From Macrostomum hystrix (lineage: Eukaryota; Animalia; Platyhelminthes), in assembly GCA_950097015.1 (NCBI GenBank), contig CATNEN010000001.1, forward strand, positions 6,262,001 through 6,326,000: DNA of 64,000 bases, written 5' to 3'. This document shows, in pieces, positions 11,131-23,065 of this stretch (position 1 is the stretch's first letter; every line of letters begins with the position of its first letter). The notes beneath the pieces are model-generated. The model searched no databases. It was given only the letters and a program-made list of their open reading frames with translations, and was not told the origin of the DNA. A program made the translations under genes and the position numbers.

Positions 11131-13144
11131 GGGGCGCCACTACTGGGGGCACCGCTACTCGTACTATGGGGCACTGCTACTCGTACTATGGGGCACCGCT
11201 ACTCGTACTATGGGGCACCGCTACTCGTACTATGGGGCACCACTACTCGTACCATGGGGCGCCGCTACTCGTACGATGGGGCACCACTACTCGTACTATG
11301 GGGCACCGCTACTCGTACTATGGGGCGCCACTACTCGTACTATGGGGCACCACTACTCGTACTATGGGGCACCGCTACTCGTACTATGGGGCACCGCTAC
11401 TCGTACTATGGGGCACCACTACTCGTACTATGGGGCGCCACTACTCGTACTATGGGGCGCCACTACTCGTACTATGGGGCACCACTACTCGTTCTATGGG
11501 GCACCGCTACTCGTAATATGGGGCACCGCTACTCGTACTATGGGGCACCGCTACTCGTACTATGGGGCACCGCTACTCGTACTATGGGGCACCGCTACTC
11601 GTACTATGGGGCACCGCTACTCGTACTATGGGGCGCCACTACTCGTACTATGGGGCACCGCTACTCGTACTATGGGGCACCGCTGAAGAGTTTTGCGTGT
11701 TGATCAGACACACGAAACTCCCACTTCTAGACAATGGGGAACAATTGCCTAGGAATTTATAACAGTCATGTGAGACTTACTGCAATTGCTTCTTGTTCCT
11801 TGAGTAGTTTGTAGTCTTCTGGTCTTCGAAAGCCGGCGGTTCTTCTTCTCCTTGTACTGATCGACCGTGAAGTATCGGTTCTGTTGCTTCTTGAGTCTTT
11901 GTAGTCTTCTTGTCTTCTTTGTCTTCTTGGTAGCTGCTTGAGTTTATCTGTTGGCCAATAATTGACGAGAGCGAATCAGATTACGTGTCGGTTTCCTCGA
12001 GCTCGGAATTCACAATAGAAACGTGCGCCCTAGTGAACAATTGAAATCTCTCTTGTATATCTCAAATAGGTCCTCCTGTAGGGCGTCTTCTTCGTTACCT
12101 CCGAAAGATAACGGATAACTCAAATCAAATCAATCAATAATCCCCTAGGAATGTATCCTAGAAAACAAGGAGGCCTTTCTCAAATGTATCGACGATATGT
12201 GGCTCTCGTAAACTTAGTTCAATTCAACAACTATTGCTAGCAATAAATAACTCTGTCTAGTAAAGCGCTTACCACTTGTCTTTCCCTCAGAGATGGGTCT
12301 TCTTCTTCGTAAGATGTTTTGAAGTCCGGTGGACCGCTCCGAGTCTGAATTTTCAGCTCGGATTTTCGCTTGTATTTATAGTAAAATTTTGGGAAAAAAC
12401 CGGTTCTACTACCGGGTGTTTACATTGGGCATACATGTTTGCACAGTGAGGTCAGACTTGTTTGATCAGCTGCGTTTTGGGGGTTTTTCAGGTGAACATT
12501 ACCATATTTGGAATATTGTGTAAATACAGATGCAGAACCCGATGAGTCATAATTGTTTGTTTTACCATATTTGGACTTCAAGCAAATACAGCTGTCAAGA
12601 ACCGATTCTCCGGTTTCATGTCACATGACTTGTTTCTAAAAATAGCGCATGACTTATTCCTAAAAATAGATTAAACGTTGTAGCTATGGTTTCCTTGCGA
12701 CATTACTTTAAGTAGCGCGTTAAGCAAAAGCACATTTTACAACTCTCTGCACCGCTACTCGTACTATGGGGCACCGCTACTCGTACTATGGGGCGCCACT
12801 ACTGGGGGCACCGCTACTCGTACTATGGGGCACCGCTACTCGTACTATGGGGCACCGCTACTCGTACAATGGGGCACCGCTACTCGTACTATGGGGCACC
12901 GCTACTCGTACTATGGGGCGCCACTACTCGTACTATGGGGCACCGCTACTCGTACAATGGGGCACCGCTACTCGTACTATGGGGCACCGCTACTCGTACT
13001 ATGGGGCGCCACTACTCGTACTATGGGGCACCGCTACTCGTACTATGGGGCACTGCTACCCGTACTATGGGGCACCACTACTCGTACTATGGTGCACCGC
13101 TACTCGTACTATGGGGCACCGCTACTCGTACTATGGGGCGCCAC
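11131..13144. repeat. 22-bp minisatellite (GGGGCACCGCTACTCGTACTAT), split by an insertion at 11685-12748
   Basis: Direct tandem repeats at 11131-11684 and 12749-13144. Confidence 0.95.
11685..12748. mobile_element. Unclassified ~1.06-kb insertion within the 22-bp array
   Basis: Unique sequence interrupting the array. GCACCGCT is repeated at both junctions (8-bp TSD-like), termini are weakly inverted (GAAGAGTT.../...AACTCTCT), and no such insert occurs in the paralogous array. Confidence 0.55.
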
Positions 13145-13894
13145 AAAGTTTCGTCAGCCGATTGGCCCCCTGGCTAAGCCCCGGGATGGGATGCAAGCGA
13201 TTTCTTCTCATTGACAATTTTTATCTCATATTTCGCCTCTGACAGCTCACATCTCATATTTTTTCACTGAGCATACTTTTTGCATCCGTGTCTGGGGCTT
13301 GACAATAAAACGCAAGAACTTTTCGCATACTGTTGTCCTTAAATTCCAGATATTAAAAATGTGTTTTTAGTTGACAGATTTCATTTTATGAGTCATATTT
13401 AACTGAGGTAGTATATTATTATTGTTATTGATATGCCCACGCTAAAAAGGTGGTGAGTTTTGGGCGAATATTAAAACATGGGCAACTATAAAATCATAAT
13501 AAATCAACAAAACGATTTCAAGAAACCTTAAACATTGCTTTTTTATTGCAATTATTTCGCATATGTCTGTCAATTTTTATCTATGTTGATTGACGATTTG
13601 CCAGCTCTTCATCTCAACTTCATCTCTGTCGAAAAAGATAACAAAGGAATGATTATTGTATTTCTTCGCTGGAATCTTGCCATATAAAGATTCTTTTATA
13701 TGGGGCTGGTTGGTTATCGGAACCAGAAAATTACGAGTATTTGGCGACTTTCGACACGCAGCCAGTGCAAAGGAAATTGAACTGCACATTCTGCTGACTC
13801 CTGAGCACACAGCGACACAATGACGAGCACAACACTGGTGAAAACTTGTCATTCAGTCGTGTCCCAAAGTACAAAAACTGAACTACTGTTCAGA

Positions 13895-14030
13895 CAGAGC
13901 AGATGTATACACCTGTGTGAGCGTGTGTGCTAAGGAGTCACCTAAATGGGCAGAAGTGCTTCCTCGCCTGCTGCGGGCCTGGTGTCACCAAATGATGTGG
14001 CATTGCCCGCAGCCCTCCTGCAATTAAAAT
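13895..14030 (+). mobile_element. SINE family A, 3' fragment
   Basis: GCAGATGTATACACCTGTGTGAGCG...TGGGCAGAA...TTGCCCGCAGCCCTCCTGCAATT. Confidence 0.7.
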
Positions 14031-16093
14031 TACAATTACAAAGCTAAGTCTGCCCCTGATCTACGAGTCGTATTTAATATAATCCTCAGCAGAATGCTCG
14101 TTTTTTATTGTCAAATACGAGTTATAATACAAATACAAACTATGCTCATTTATTCGACGTAATTAAAATTTGTTCGAGTGACTCATGGTAATCGGGTACT
14201 GTTACTTTTTAGAGCCAGAGCCAGACCAGATTTGTTTCAACATTCTATTGTAAAAAAGTTAATAGAAGGAGCGTTGTATCACAAAAGCGGGCCTTTAAGT
14301 TCTAGATTTAGCCAAAAATACGTTTTTGATGTTTCCCAACTCGATCCCGCTTCCAATTGTTCTGGTTACGTAAGCGTGACGAGGGCTTAACCTTCAAATG
14401 TTTTTTAATTTACGCGAATCCTTTTGTAATTTTTCCAAATGTAATGTGAATTTAATAATCTCCTCAATGTAATCGTTAAGATTAGCATATCAAAGGTAAT
14501 TTAGAAAATAAATAAGCTAATTCTAATTAATGAGCTGTTGCGCAACGATAATGTAATATCACCCACCCCATCTCTCCCCTAACTTTCTGTACAACGTCGG
14601 GCCAATCTGAGTGCGGCAGGGCTCGGTTTTATATTGTGCAGGGTCAAGGCCGGGTCAGCGAAGATTTTTCATCTCGGTTCACACCCGTGATAAGTGAATT
14701 CTCCCCTATAAAATCTCGTCTTTTTTCTTCCCAAAAAATTCAGACGCTCCTATCTCTTCGGACGTGTACACCGTCCCGACACGTTGGACCCCTTCCATCC
14801 TATTCTGACATCTTTGGACGTGTTTGTCCGTTTCGTCCCGCAGTTCCCCCTACTAGAATCTTACTTCTCCTTCCCTAAGTCGCCTCTCCCAAGTCCCTAA
14901 TCCCTGATATTTTACTCCACCCACCCCCAAGTCGTCCCAGCAAGCTTTCGCCCCTGAAAGACAAGGACCGTCGACGCAGATCGGAGAGAAGGTTGTCGGC
15001 AATTTAAATAATCAAATAATGTAACTCTAATGTAAGTAACGGTACGCTAATACTAATAGCAGTTTACACACAGAGCCGCAATCATCAGAGGTTAGGTTTT
15101 CACCTACGAAGCACGGTACAGACCTCGTAAGAAGGGATTGAAACTCTATATATGAGCTTTCGCCAATGCCTCCCCCCAGCTAAGGTAGGTTCATGTAAAG
15201 TACAATATGCGAAAGACCTTGCTTCCAGCAATGACCAGGACACCCAGTAGATGCCCAGCATAGAGGCTATCTAGCAGCCATTATTTTCTCTCTTTCTGCC
15301 CAAAATATTTGTCGTAGCAACCGGGGTCCCTGCCTCGTTAGGTTTTAATAATTGAGTCTAGAACTGCAAGGCATGTGGTGGCAGATGCACTCTAAGCAGT
15401 CCATCCCCCAAAATCCCCTGGCAAGAATTTTAGTACACAATGGGACCGCGGCCAATTGTATTGTACTGTAGTCATTTTAAATTAAAACTCTTTTAAGTTA
15501 AAAAACTCATATAGCGTTTAGTCATATACTCATATCACTGGCCCATTGCAGGTGGCCGCCCAACTGCAGTTGTGTGAAAAGTCTCAACTACGGTAAGCCT
15601 TCATAATGCAGGGCCGTTTATGAATAGCTGTATCACCATAGAAACCGAATGAGTTGTCACACTTCTCTGTGTTCCTTCCATTGTGTTCTCTACATAAAAG
15701 TTTTCTTCGCGAATTTAAAGTAAAGCCATGCAGAGAGGTTGTCAAGAATAATGAGAAGAAGATTAGGCCTCTTTCCTCTTTTGAATCCGCCTAAGCTGAT
15801 TATTAGAAGAATTAAGCTTTTGTAAGTTTTTAAGTGCTTTAGCCGCTTTTTTTCTCTCTTTTTCTCTCTAGCCTCTCAATTATAGTTGTCACTAAGTTGG
15901 GATAAAACACGAGGCTTTTTGAGCCCAGCTTCCCCGCGCTTCAGCCTAGGCTCTTCTTGTGCTACTGAGATATTTTAAACAGTGTTAATTAGAAGTTGCT
16001 TGCGGCATATATGAATTATTCTTGGAAAGAAAATGTGTGGGAAAACACCTCACTGTGCGGGTTAACTAATTAACGTTCGGCACAAAGAATTGC

Positions 16094-19000
16094 CATTGTC
16101 AACTGGGGGATCGTTGTCAACTGGGGGATCATTGTCAACTGGGGGATCATTGTCAACTGGGGGATCGTTGTCAACTGGGGGATCATTGTCAACTGGGGGA
16201 TCATTGTCAACTGGGGGATCATTGTCAACTGGGTGATCATTGTCAACTGGGGGATCGTTGTCAACTGGGGGATCATTGTCAACTGGGGGATCATTGTCAA
16301 CTGGGGGATCATTGTCAACTGGGGGATCATTGTCAACTGGGGGATCGTTGTCAACTGGGGGATCGTTGTCAACTGGGGGATCATTGTCAACTGGGGGATC
16401 ATTGTCAACTGGGGGATCATTGTCAACTGGGGGATCGTTGTCAACTGGGGGATCATTGTCAACTGGGGGATCATTGTCAACTGGGGGATCATTGTCAACT
16501 GGGGGATCATTGTCAACTGGGGGATCATTGTCAACTGGGGGATCATTGTCAACTGGGGGATCATTGTCAACTGGGGGATCGTTGTCAACTGGGGGATCGT
16601 TGTCAACTGGGGGATCATTGTCAACTGGGGGATCATTGTCAACTGGGGGATCATTGTCAACTGGGGGATCATTGTCAACTGGGGGATCATTGTCAACTGG
16701 GGGATCATTGTCAACTGGGGGATCATTGTCAACTGGGGGATCATTGTCAACTGGGGGATCATTGTCAACTGGGGGATCATTGTCAACTGGGGGATCGTTG
16801 TCAACTGGGGGATCATTGTCAACTGGGGGATCGTTGTCAACTGGGGGATCATTGTCAACTGGGGGATCATTGTCAACTGGGGGATCATTGTCAACTGGGG
16901 GATCATTGTCAACTGGGGGATCATTGTCAACTGGGGGATCATTGTCAACTGGGGGATCATTGTCAACTGGGGGATCATTGTCAACTGGGGGATCATTGTC
17001 AACTGGGGGATCGTTGTCAACTGGGTGATCATTGTCAACTGGGGGATCATTGTCAACTGGGGGATCATTGTCAACTGGGGGATCATTGTCAACTGGGGGA
17101 TCGTTGTCAACTGGGTGATCATTGTCAACTGGGGGATCATTGTCAAGAAGGGGGATCATTGTTAACTGAGGGATCATTGTCAACTGGGGGATCATTGTCA
17201 ACTGGGGGATCATTGTCAACTGGGGGATCATTGTCAACTGGGGGATCGTTGTCAACTGGGGGATCATTGTCAACTGGGGGATCATTGTCAACTGGGGGAT
17301 CATTGTCAACTGGGGGATCGTTGTCAACTGGGGGATCATTGTCAACTGGGGGATCATTGTCAACTGGGGGATCATTGTCAACTGGGGGATCATTGTCAAC
17401 TGGGGGATCATTGTCAACTGGGGGATCATTGTCAACTGGGGGATCATTGTCAACTGGGGGATCATTGTCAACTGGGGGATCATTGTCAACTGGGGGATCA
17501 TTGTCAACTGGGGGATCATTGTCAACTGGGGGATCGTTGTCAACTGGGGGATCGTTGTCAACTGGGGGATCATTGTCAACTGGGGGATCGTTGTCAACTG
17601 GGGGATCATTGTCAACTGGGGGATCGTTGTCAACTGGGGGATCATTGTCAACTGGGGGATCATTGTCAACTGGGGGATCATTGTCAACTGGGGGATCATT
17701 GTCAACTGGGGGATCATTGTCAATTGGGGGATCGTTGTCAACTGGGGGATCGTTGTCAACTGGGGGATCATTGTCAACTGGGGGATCGTTGTCAACTGGG
17801 GGATCATTGTCAACTGGGGGATCATTGTCAACTGGGGGATCATTGTCAACTGGGGGATCGTTGTCAACTGGGGGATCATTGTCAACTGGGGGATCATTGT
17901 TAACTGGGGGATCATTGTCAACTGGGGGATCGTTGTCAACTGGGGGATCATTGTCAACTGGGGGATCATTGTCAACTGGGGGATCATTGTCAACTGGGGG
18001 ATCGTTGTCAACTGGGGGATCATTGTCAACTGGGGGATCGTTGTCAACTGGGGGATCATTTTCAACTGGGGGATCGTTGTCAACTGCGGAATCATTGTCA
18101 ACTGGGGGATCATTGTCAACTGGGGGATCGTTGTCAACTGGGGGATCGTTGTCAACTGGGGGATCATTGTCAACTGGGGGATCATTGTCAACTGGGGGAT
18201 CATTGTCAACTGGGGGATCGTTGTCAACTGGGGGATCATTGTCAACTGGGGGATCATTGTCAACTGGGGGATCATTGTCAACTGGGGGATCATTGTCAAC
18301 TGGGGGATCATTGTCAACTGGGGGATCATTGTCAACTGGGGGATCATTGTCAACTGGGGGATCGTTGTCAACTGGGGGATCGTTGTCAACTGGGGGATCA
18401 TTGTCAACTGGGGGATCGTTGTCAACTGGGGGATCATTGTCAACTGGGGGATCATTGTCAACTGGGGGATCATTGTCAACTGGGGGATCATTGTCAACTG
18501 GGGGATCATTGTCAACTGGGGGATCATTGTCAACTGGGGGATCATTGTCAACTGGGGGATCATTGTCAACTGGGGGATCGTTGTCAACTGGGGGATCATT
18601 GTCAACTGGGGGATCATTGTCAACTGGGGGATCATTGTCAACTGGGGGATCATTGTCAACTGGGGGATCATTGTCAACTGGGGGATCGTTGTCAACTGGG
18701 TGATCATTGTCAACTGGGGGATCATTGTCAAGAAGGGGGATCATTGTTAACTGAGGGATCATTGTCAACTGGGGGATCATTGTCAACTGGGGGATCATTG
18801 TCAACTGGGGGATCATTGTCAACTGGGGGATCGTTGTCAACTGGGGGATCATTGTCAACTGGGGGATCATTGTCAACTGGGGGATCATTTTCAACTGGGG
18901 GATCGTTGTCAACTGGGTGATCATTGTCAACTGGGGGATCATTGTCAAGAAGGGGGATCATTGTTAACTGAGGGATCATTGTCAACTGGGGGATCATTGT

Positions 19001-19811
19001 CAACTGGGGGATCATTGTCAACTGGGGGATCGTTTTCAACTGGGGGATCATTGTCAACTGGGGGATCATTGTCAACTGGGGGATCGTTGTCAACTGGGTG
19101 ATCATTGTCAACTGGGTGATCATTGTCAACTGGGGGATCATTGTCAACTGGGGGATCATTGTTAACTGAGGGATCATTGTCAACTGGGGGATCATTGTCA
19201 ACTGGGGGATCATTGTCAACTGGGGGATCGTTTTCAACTGGGGGATCGTTGTCAACTGGGGGATCATTGTCAACTGGGGGATCGTTGTCAACTGGGTGAT
19301 CATTGTCAACTGGGGGATCATTGTCAACTGGGGGATCATTGTCAACTGGGGGATCATTGTCAACTGGGGGATCGTTGTCAACTGGGTGATCATTATCAAC
19401 TGGGGGAGCATTGTCAAGAAGGGGGATCATTGTTAACTGAGGGATCATTGTCAACTGGGGGATCATTGTCAACTGGGGGATCATTGTCAACTGGGGGATC
19501 ATTGTCAACTGGGGGATCATTGTCAACTGGGGGATCATTGTCAAATGGGGGATCATTGTCAACTGGGGCATCGTTGTCAACTGGGGGATCGTTGTCAACT
19601 TGGGGATCATTGTCAACTGGGGGATCATTGTCAACTGGGGGATCATTGTCAACTGGGGGATCATTGTCAACTGGGGGATCATTGTCAACTGGGGGATCAT
19701 TGTCAACTGGGGGATCATTGTCAACTGGGGGATCATTGTCAACTGGGGGATCGTTGTCAACTGGGGGATCGTTGTCAACTTGGGGATCATTGTCAACTGG
19801 GGGATCATTGT
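16094..19811. repeat. 18-bp minisatellite (TGTCAACTGGGGGATCAT), ~3.7 kb, ~205 units
   Basis: Highly homogeneous tandem array with an A/G variant. A marker variant AAGAAGGGGGATCATTGTTAACTGAGG recurs at ~17145, 18730, 18947 and 19416. Confidence 0.97.
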
Positions 19812-20267
19812 AGCTTTAAAAATGCTGAAAATGCAGCTGCTTAAAAGTATATACTGGACGAATTAAAAATATTTCTGCTCCCCGAAGGGTGGAAAGGCTT
19901 GATAGTTAGTATACTAAGATGGAAATATTGTTTTTTTGGTCGTTGGTTTTGGTAAAGTCAGAATGGTCTACTCCCGCCTGCGTAAGACTTGAAAATATAT
20001 TTTAGCCATAAGTTAAATTTAGGAGCATGCTGGAGACTACTGACAGTAGTGCTCTAAGTTTTAGGCTAACTAAATTTGTAACCAGCATATTTGGGTGAGA
20101 CTTGTCTAGTCAGTATAATATAGCAATGGTGGACTGTGGGCCAATAAAACTGAGTTGAGTCTGGCTATACTGAGCTCACCCAGATACCATTTAAAAAGTA
20201 ATAGTTTATTAAGTGTTCCAGCACATTCCTAGTTAATTTGCATGCATAACTAAGTATAGAATAGGAG

Positions 20268-20437
20268 TCTGCCCTGACTTTCTCATCTTCAGCCAGTGTA
20301 CACCCTTACTACTGTGGCTTGGAGGTTGGCACCTCAATGGCGTAAATTGCACGAAAAGTCCCCAAGCCTTCTCTTCACGACTACGTCTCAAATGAATGTG
20401 GTCTCGCCGCGGAATCGAACTCAGGGACCTTGGTGCA
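20268..20437 (-). mobile_element. SINE family A, 5' half
   Basis: CTGCCCTGACTTTCTCATC...CTTGGAGGTTGGC...GGAATCGAACTCAGGGACC (B-box reverse complement); positional homolog of the 8250-8520 copy. Confidence 0.7.
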
Positions 20438-20594
20438 TTAAAGTGTTTTTTTGTACGTAATTTTTCAGGTCTTCATCGACAATAAATAAATCAGCTTTAT
20501 GACTGCAAAAAGGAGTTTTCGATTGTGTATTGTTTCTGTTCCTGTTACTCTTAATTTTGTTATAGTTCCTTATCTATATTAGCCAGTCGCCTCA

Positions 20595-22873
20595 CTAACA
20601 AGCGTTCGCCATCCAGTTCAGTAGAACCCGGCCTTGAAGCTCCGAGTTGCCGCCGGACACGATGGTGCAGCGGTTGCCGGAACAGAATGAGCCGCCGCCG
20701 CCTCCGCCTCCGCCGAAATAGGGATGAGAAGAGGCGCCACCCCCGCTGTAGCCGCCTCCTCCGCCGGCTCCAATGCGACGGGCGGAGCAGCAGCCGCCGC
20801 CGCCACCGCCACCTCCGAATCCGCCGTCGCCGGTGAAGCAGGAGGAGCTGCGGGCTCCGCCGAGCCAGCCGTCAATGCGGCTCAGACCGGCGCCTCCGAA
20901 ATGAGCATAGCCGCACGGGGCAGCCGAGCCATTCCAGCCAGCTCCGGGGCCGCCGCATGAGTAGTAAAACGAAGCTTCGTATCGATTGGTGGATACCTGA
21001 CCCGGTGAGCCGTTGCTTCCACCCTTGCCAGCGTAATAACTCCACGACGGGTTGGAGCTTGTTCCGCTTTGGTCCCTACTTCCGTCGGTGCCTGCAAAAT
21101 GTATTGTAATCTGCTGTAACATTGTCTAAACCAGTAGTGGAAGACTTGCGTCTGCATTTTCGGGATTGTAGTGCCAGTGTTTCTGAGGTTGTTGGGCAGT
21201 GTCAGCTGCCCGCGAAGGCCGTTGTTTCAGGCCGGTTTGTTTGTCTCGCCCTCTCACCCTCCTCCCCGTCGCTGATCCGTGTGCCCTGATTGGCTAGACG
21301 CGGGCGTTGTATGTTAACAGTACCCCAGCCCTGCCTGGCTTTGCACCTACCGCCAATCAGGTATAGCTTATAGCTTTGCTCGTCAACCCGGCCAGCGCAC
21401 AAAACCCTACCCCTCCATGCGCGCTGGTGGCTTGACTTTGGTGGTTGTGCTCCGCTTCTACTGTCTGCCGCAACTCCTCCGGGTAGCTGCCCTTCTTTTC
21501 TTATTGTCTGTCCCGTGCCGGAGCGCCTCTCGCATTCGCTCCTGTGTTTCGATCGCGCTTCGCTTTTACAATTGAGCCGTAATGTCGGTCTTTTACTGCG
21601 AAGACTCAATTTATTGCAAAAGATCAAATACGCCGAAATCGTCAGAGTATCTACCTGTGTAATCAAGCGTTTCGACAGGTAAGCGCTGCATTCGTGTCTC
21701 TCCTTTCTGAGTGCCACGTCCATACTGTAAGATCTTACTTAAGAGTACTGCGTGAGCGTCCTAAGGCATTGTTAAGTGATTACCCGCAGTTCACTTAATA
21801 CGTAGTACTGTTGGCCGTGCAGGACCCCAAACCACAGACCCTACAGGATGAGCTAACAAAACTGTACACTAAAAAGCTTATTAACAGCACAGAAAATCTC
21901 CGCTTGTGTGTAAACGATTTTTTCTCAATGCTTAGTGTCTAAAACGTTTCTCAGATTTCTCAGATCTCACCTGAATATTTGTAGCTGCTGCCGCCACCTC
22001 CGCCAGCAGCCAGAAGCAGCTGGGGACTCGTGGAGTCACTCATGTTGTACACGAAGCTGCCACCGCCTCCGCCAGCTCCGAAACTGCAGGCCGAGTTGCC
22101 ACCGGCCTTGCCGGCAACGATTTGCAGTCGGGTGCCGTTAGTGAGGCTGAAGCTACCATTAACGAAAGCGCCCCTGCCGCCTGGATACAAATGCGCATAG
22201 TAAGCGGTGGAGCCACCAGCGGCTCCGTATGCCTCGATGCGGTAGCAGCCCGTAACGTTGATAGTGAGGTTCTTGACAGCGCCGAATCTGCCCGTGCTGT
22301 TTTCTACGCGAGGAACAACGAAATTAAAATACATTTTAAAAATGTTAAAAGCTTGAATATTTCAACGATCTTTATAGAAAGTTTTGCAAGGCTTGAAACT
22401 GGCTCGGCTCACGTCCAATCACTAGGCTCAAATTTATGGCATTGACAAATCCATCGAGCTCAGGGTCATCCACCTTCCACAGCTTCGTGGATTCGTCAGT
22501 TGTGAGTGTTATCTGGCTTGTCGCTTGAGCAGTGCTCGATCCTGGCTCCGTGACAACCAGACTGCAAACTCGGCTAGACTTGTTGAATTGGGCAACTGTG
22601 CAACCCCTCTGCCGGCACCCAATTAGGCAGTCGAGCTCTGTTGAAAGGCCGCTTACGTTGAGCAAGCTGCTGCCCGCTGAACCATCAAACACGAACTGAG
22701 CAAGGAGCTTTAACTTGTTACACAGGCCACTGCTCACAGCGTCAATCACTGAAATAGAATGGGTTTGTGGGTTAATACCCAAGCCTTTGGGATGTGTGCA
22801 AACTGTGTGAGCAGCTCATGCACTAACCGATTGAGTGAACTAACAATAGAACAACCAGCGCTTTGAGTCGCAT
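20595..22873 (-). CDS. Secreted PAN/apple-like + ALK/LTK-type glycine-rich domain protein, copy 4 (~403 aa), near-identical paralog of copy 3
   Basis: Exons 22873..22828, 22748..22413, 22303..21971, 21091..20595; GT-AG, phase 1, open frame (1212 nt). Confidence 0.85.
21167..21845. mobile_element. Solo LTR in intron 3 of copy 4 (same insertion as 9234-9914)
   Basis: TGTAG...CTACA with GGAT TSD at the identical intronic position. Confidence 0.8.
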
Positions 22874-23065
22874 CGCCAATATTTCTGTTGTTTATTCGGG
22901 ATGATTGCAGGGTCTGAGAAGGCTGTCAGTAGAGAACAAGCTGGGTACGACACTTACCTTTATACCATTTGCACGTTCGATTCTCTGCAACCAATAGCAG
23001 ATGCGGCAGCCTCAGTGGGATTGGGCAGTGGCGTCACCAGATTTTTGTCTAGGGCCGCGCTTTTT

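Noticed and set aside
14365-15120. Possible solo LTR (TATA-like CTATAAAA at ~14706, ending ...GGTACA)
   Set aside because: No TG start with a matching TSD could be found, so boundaries are unsupported.
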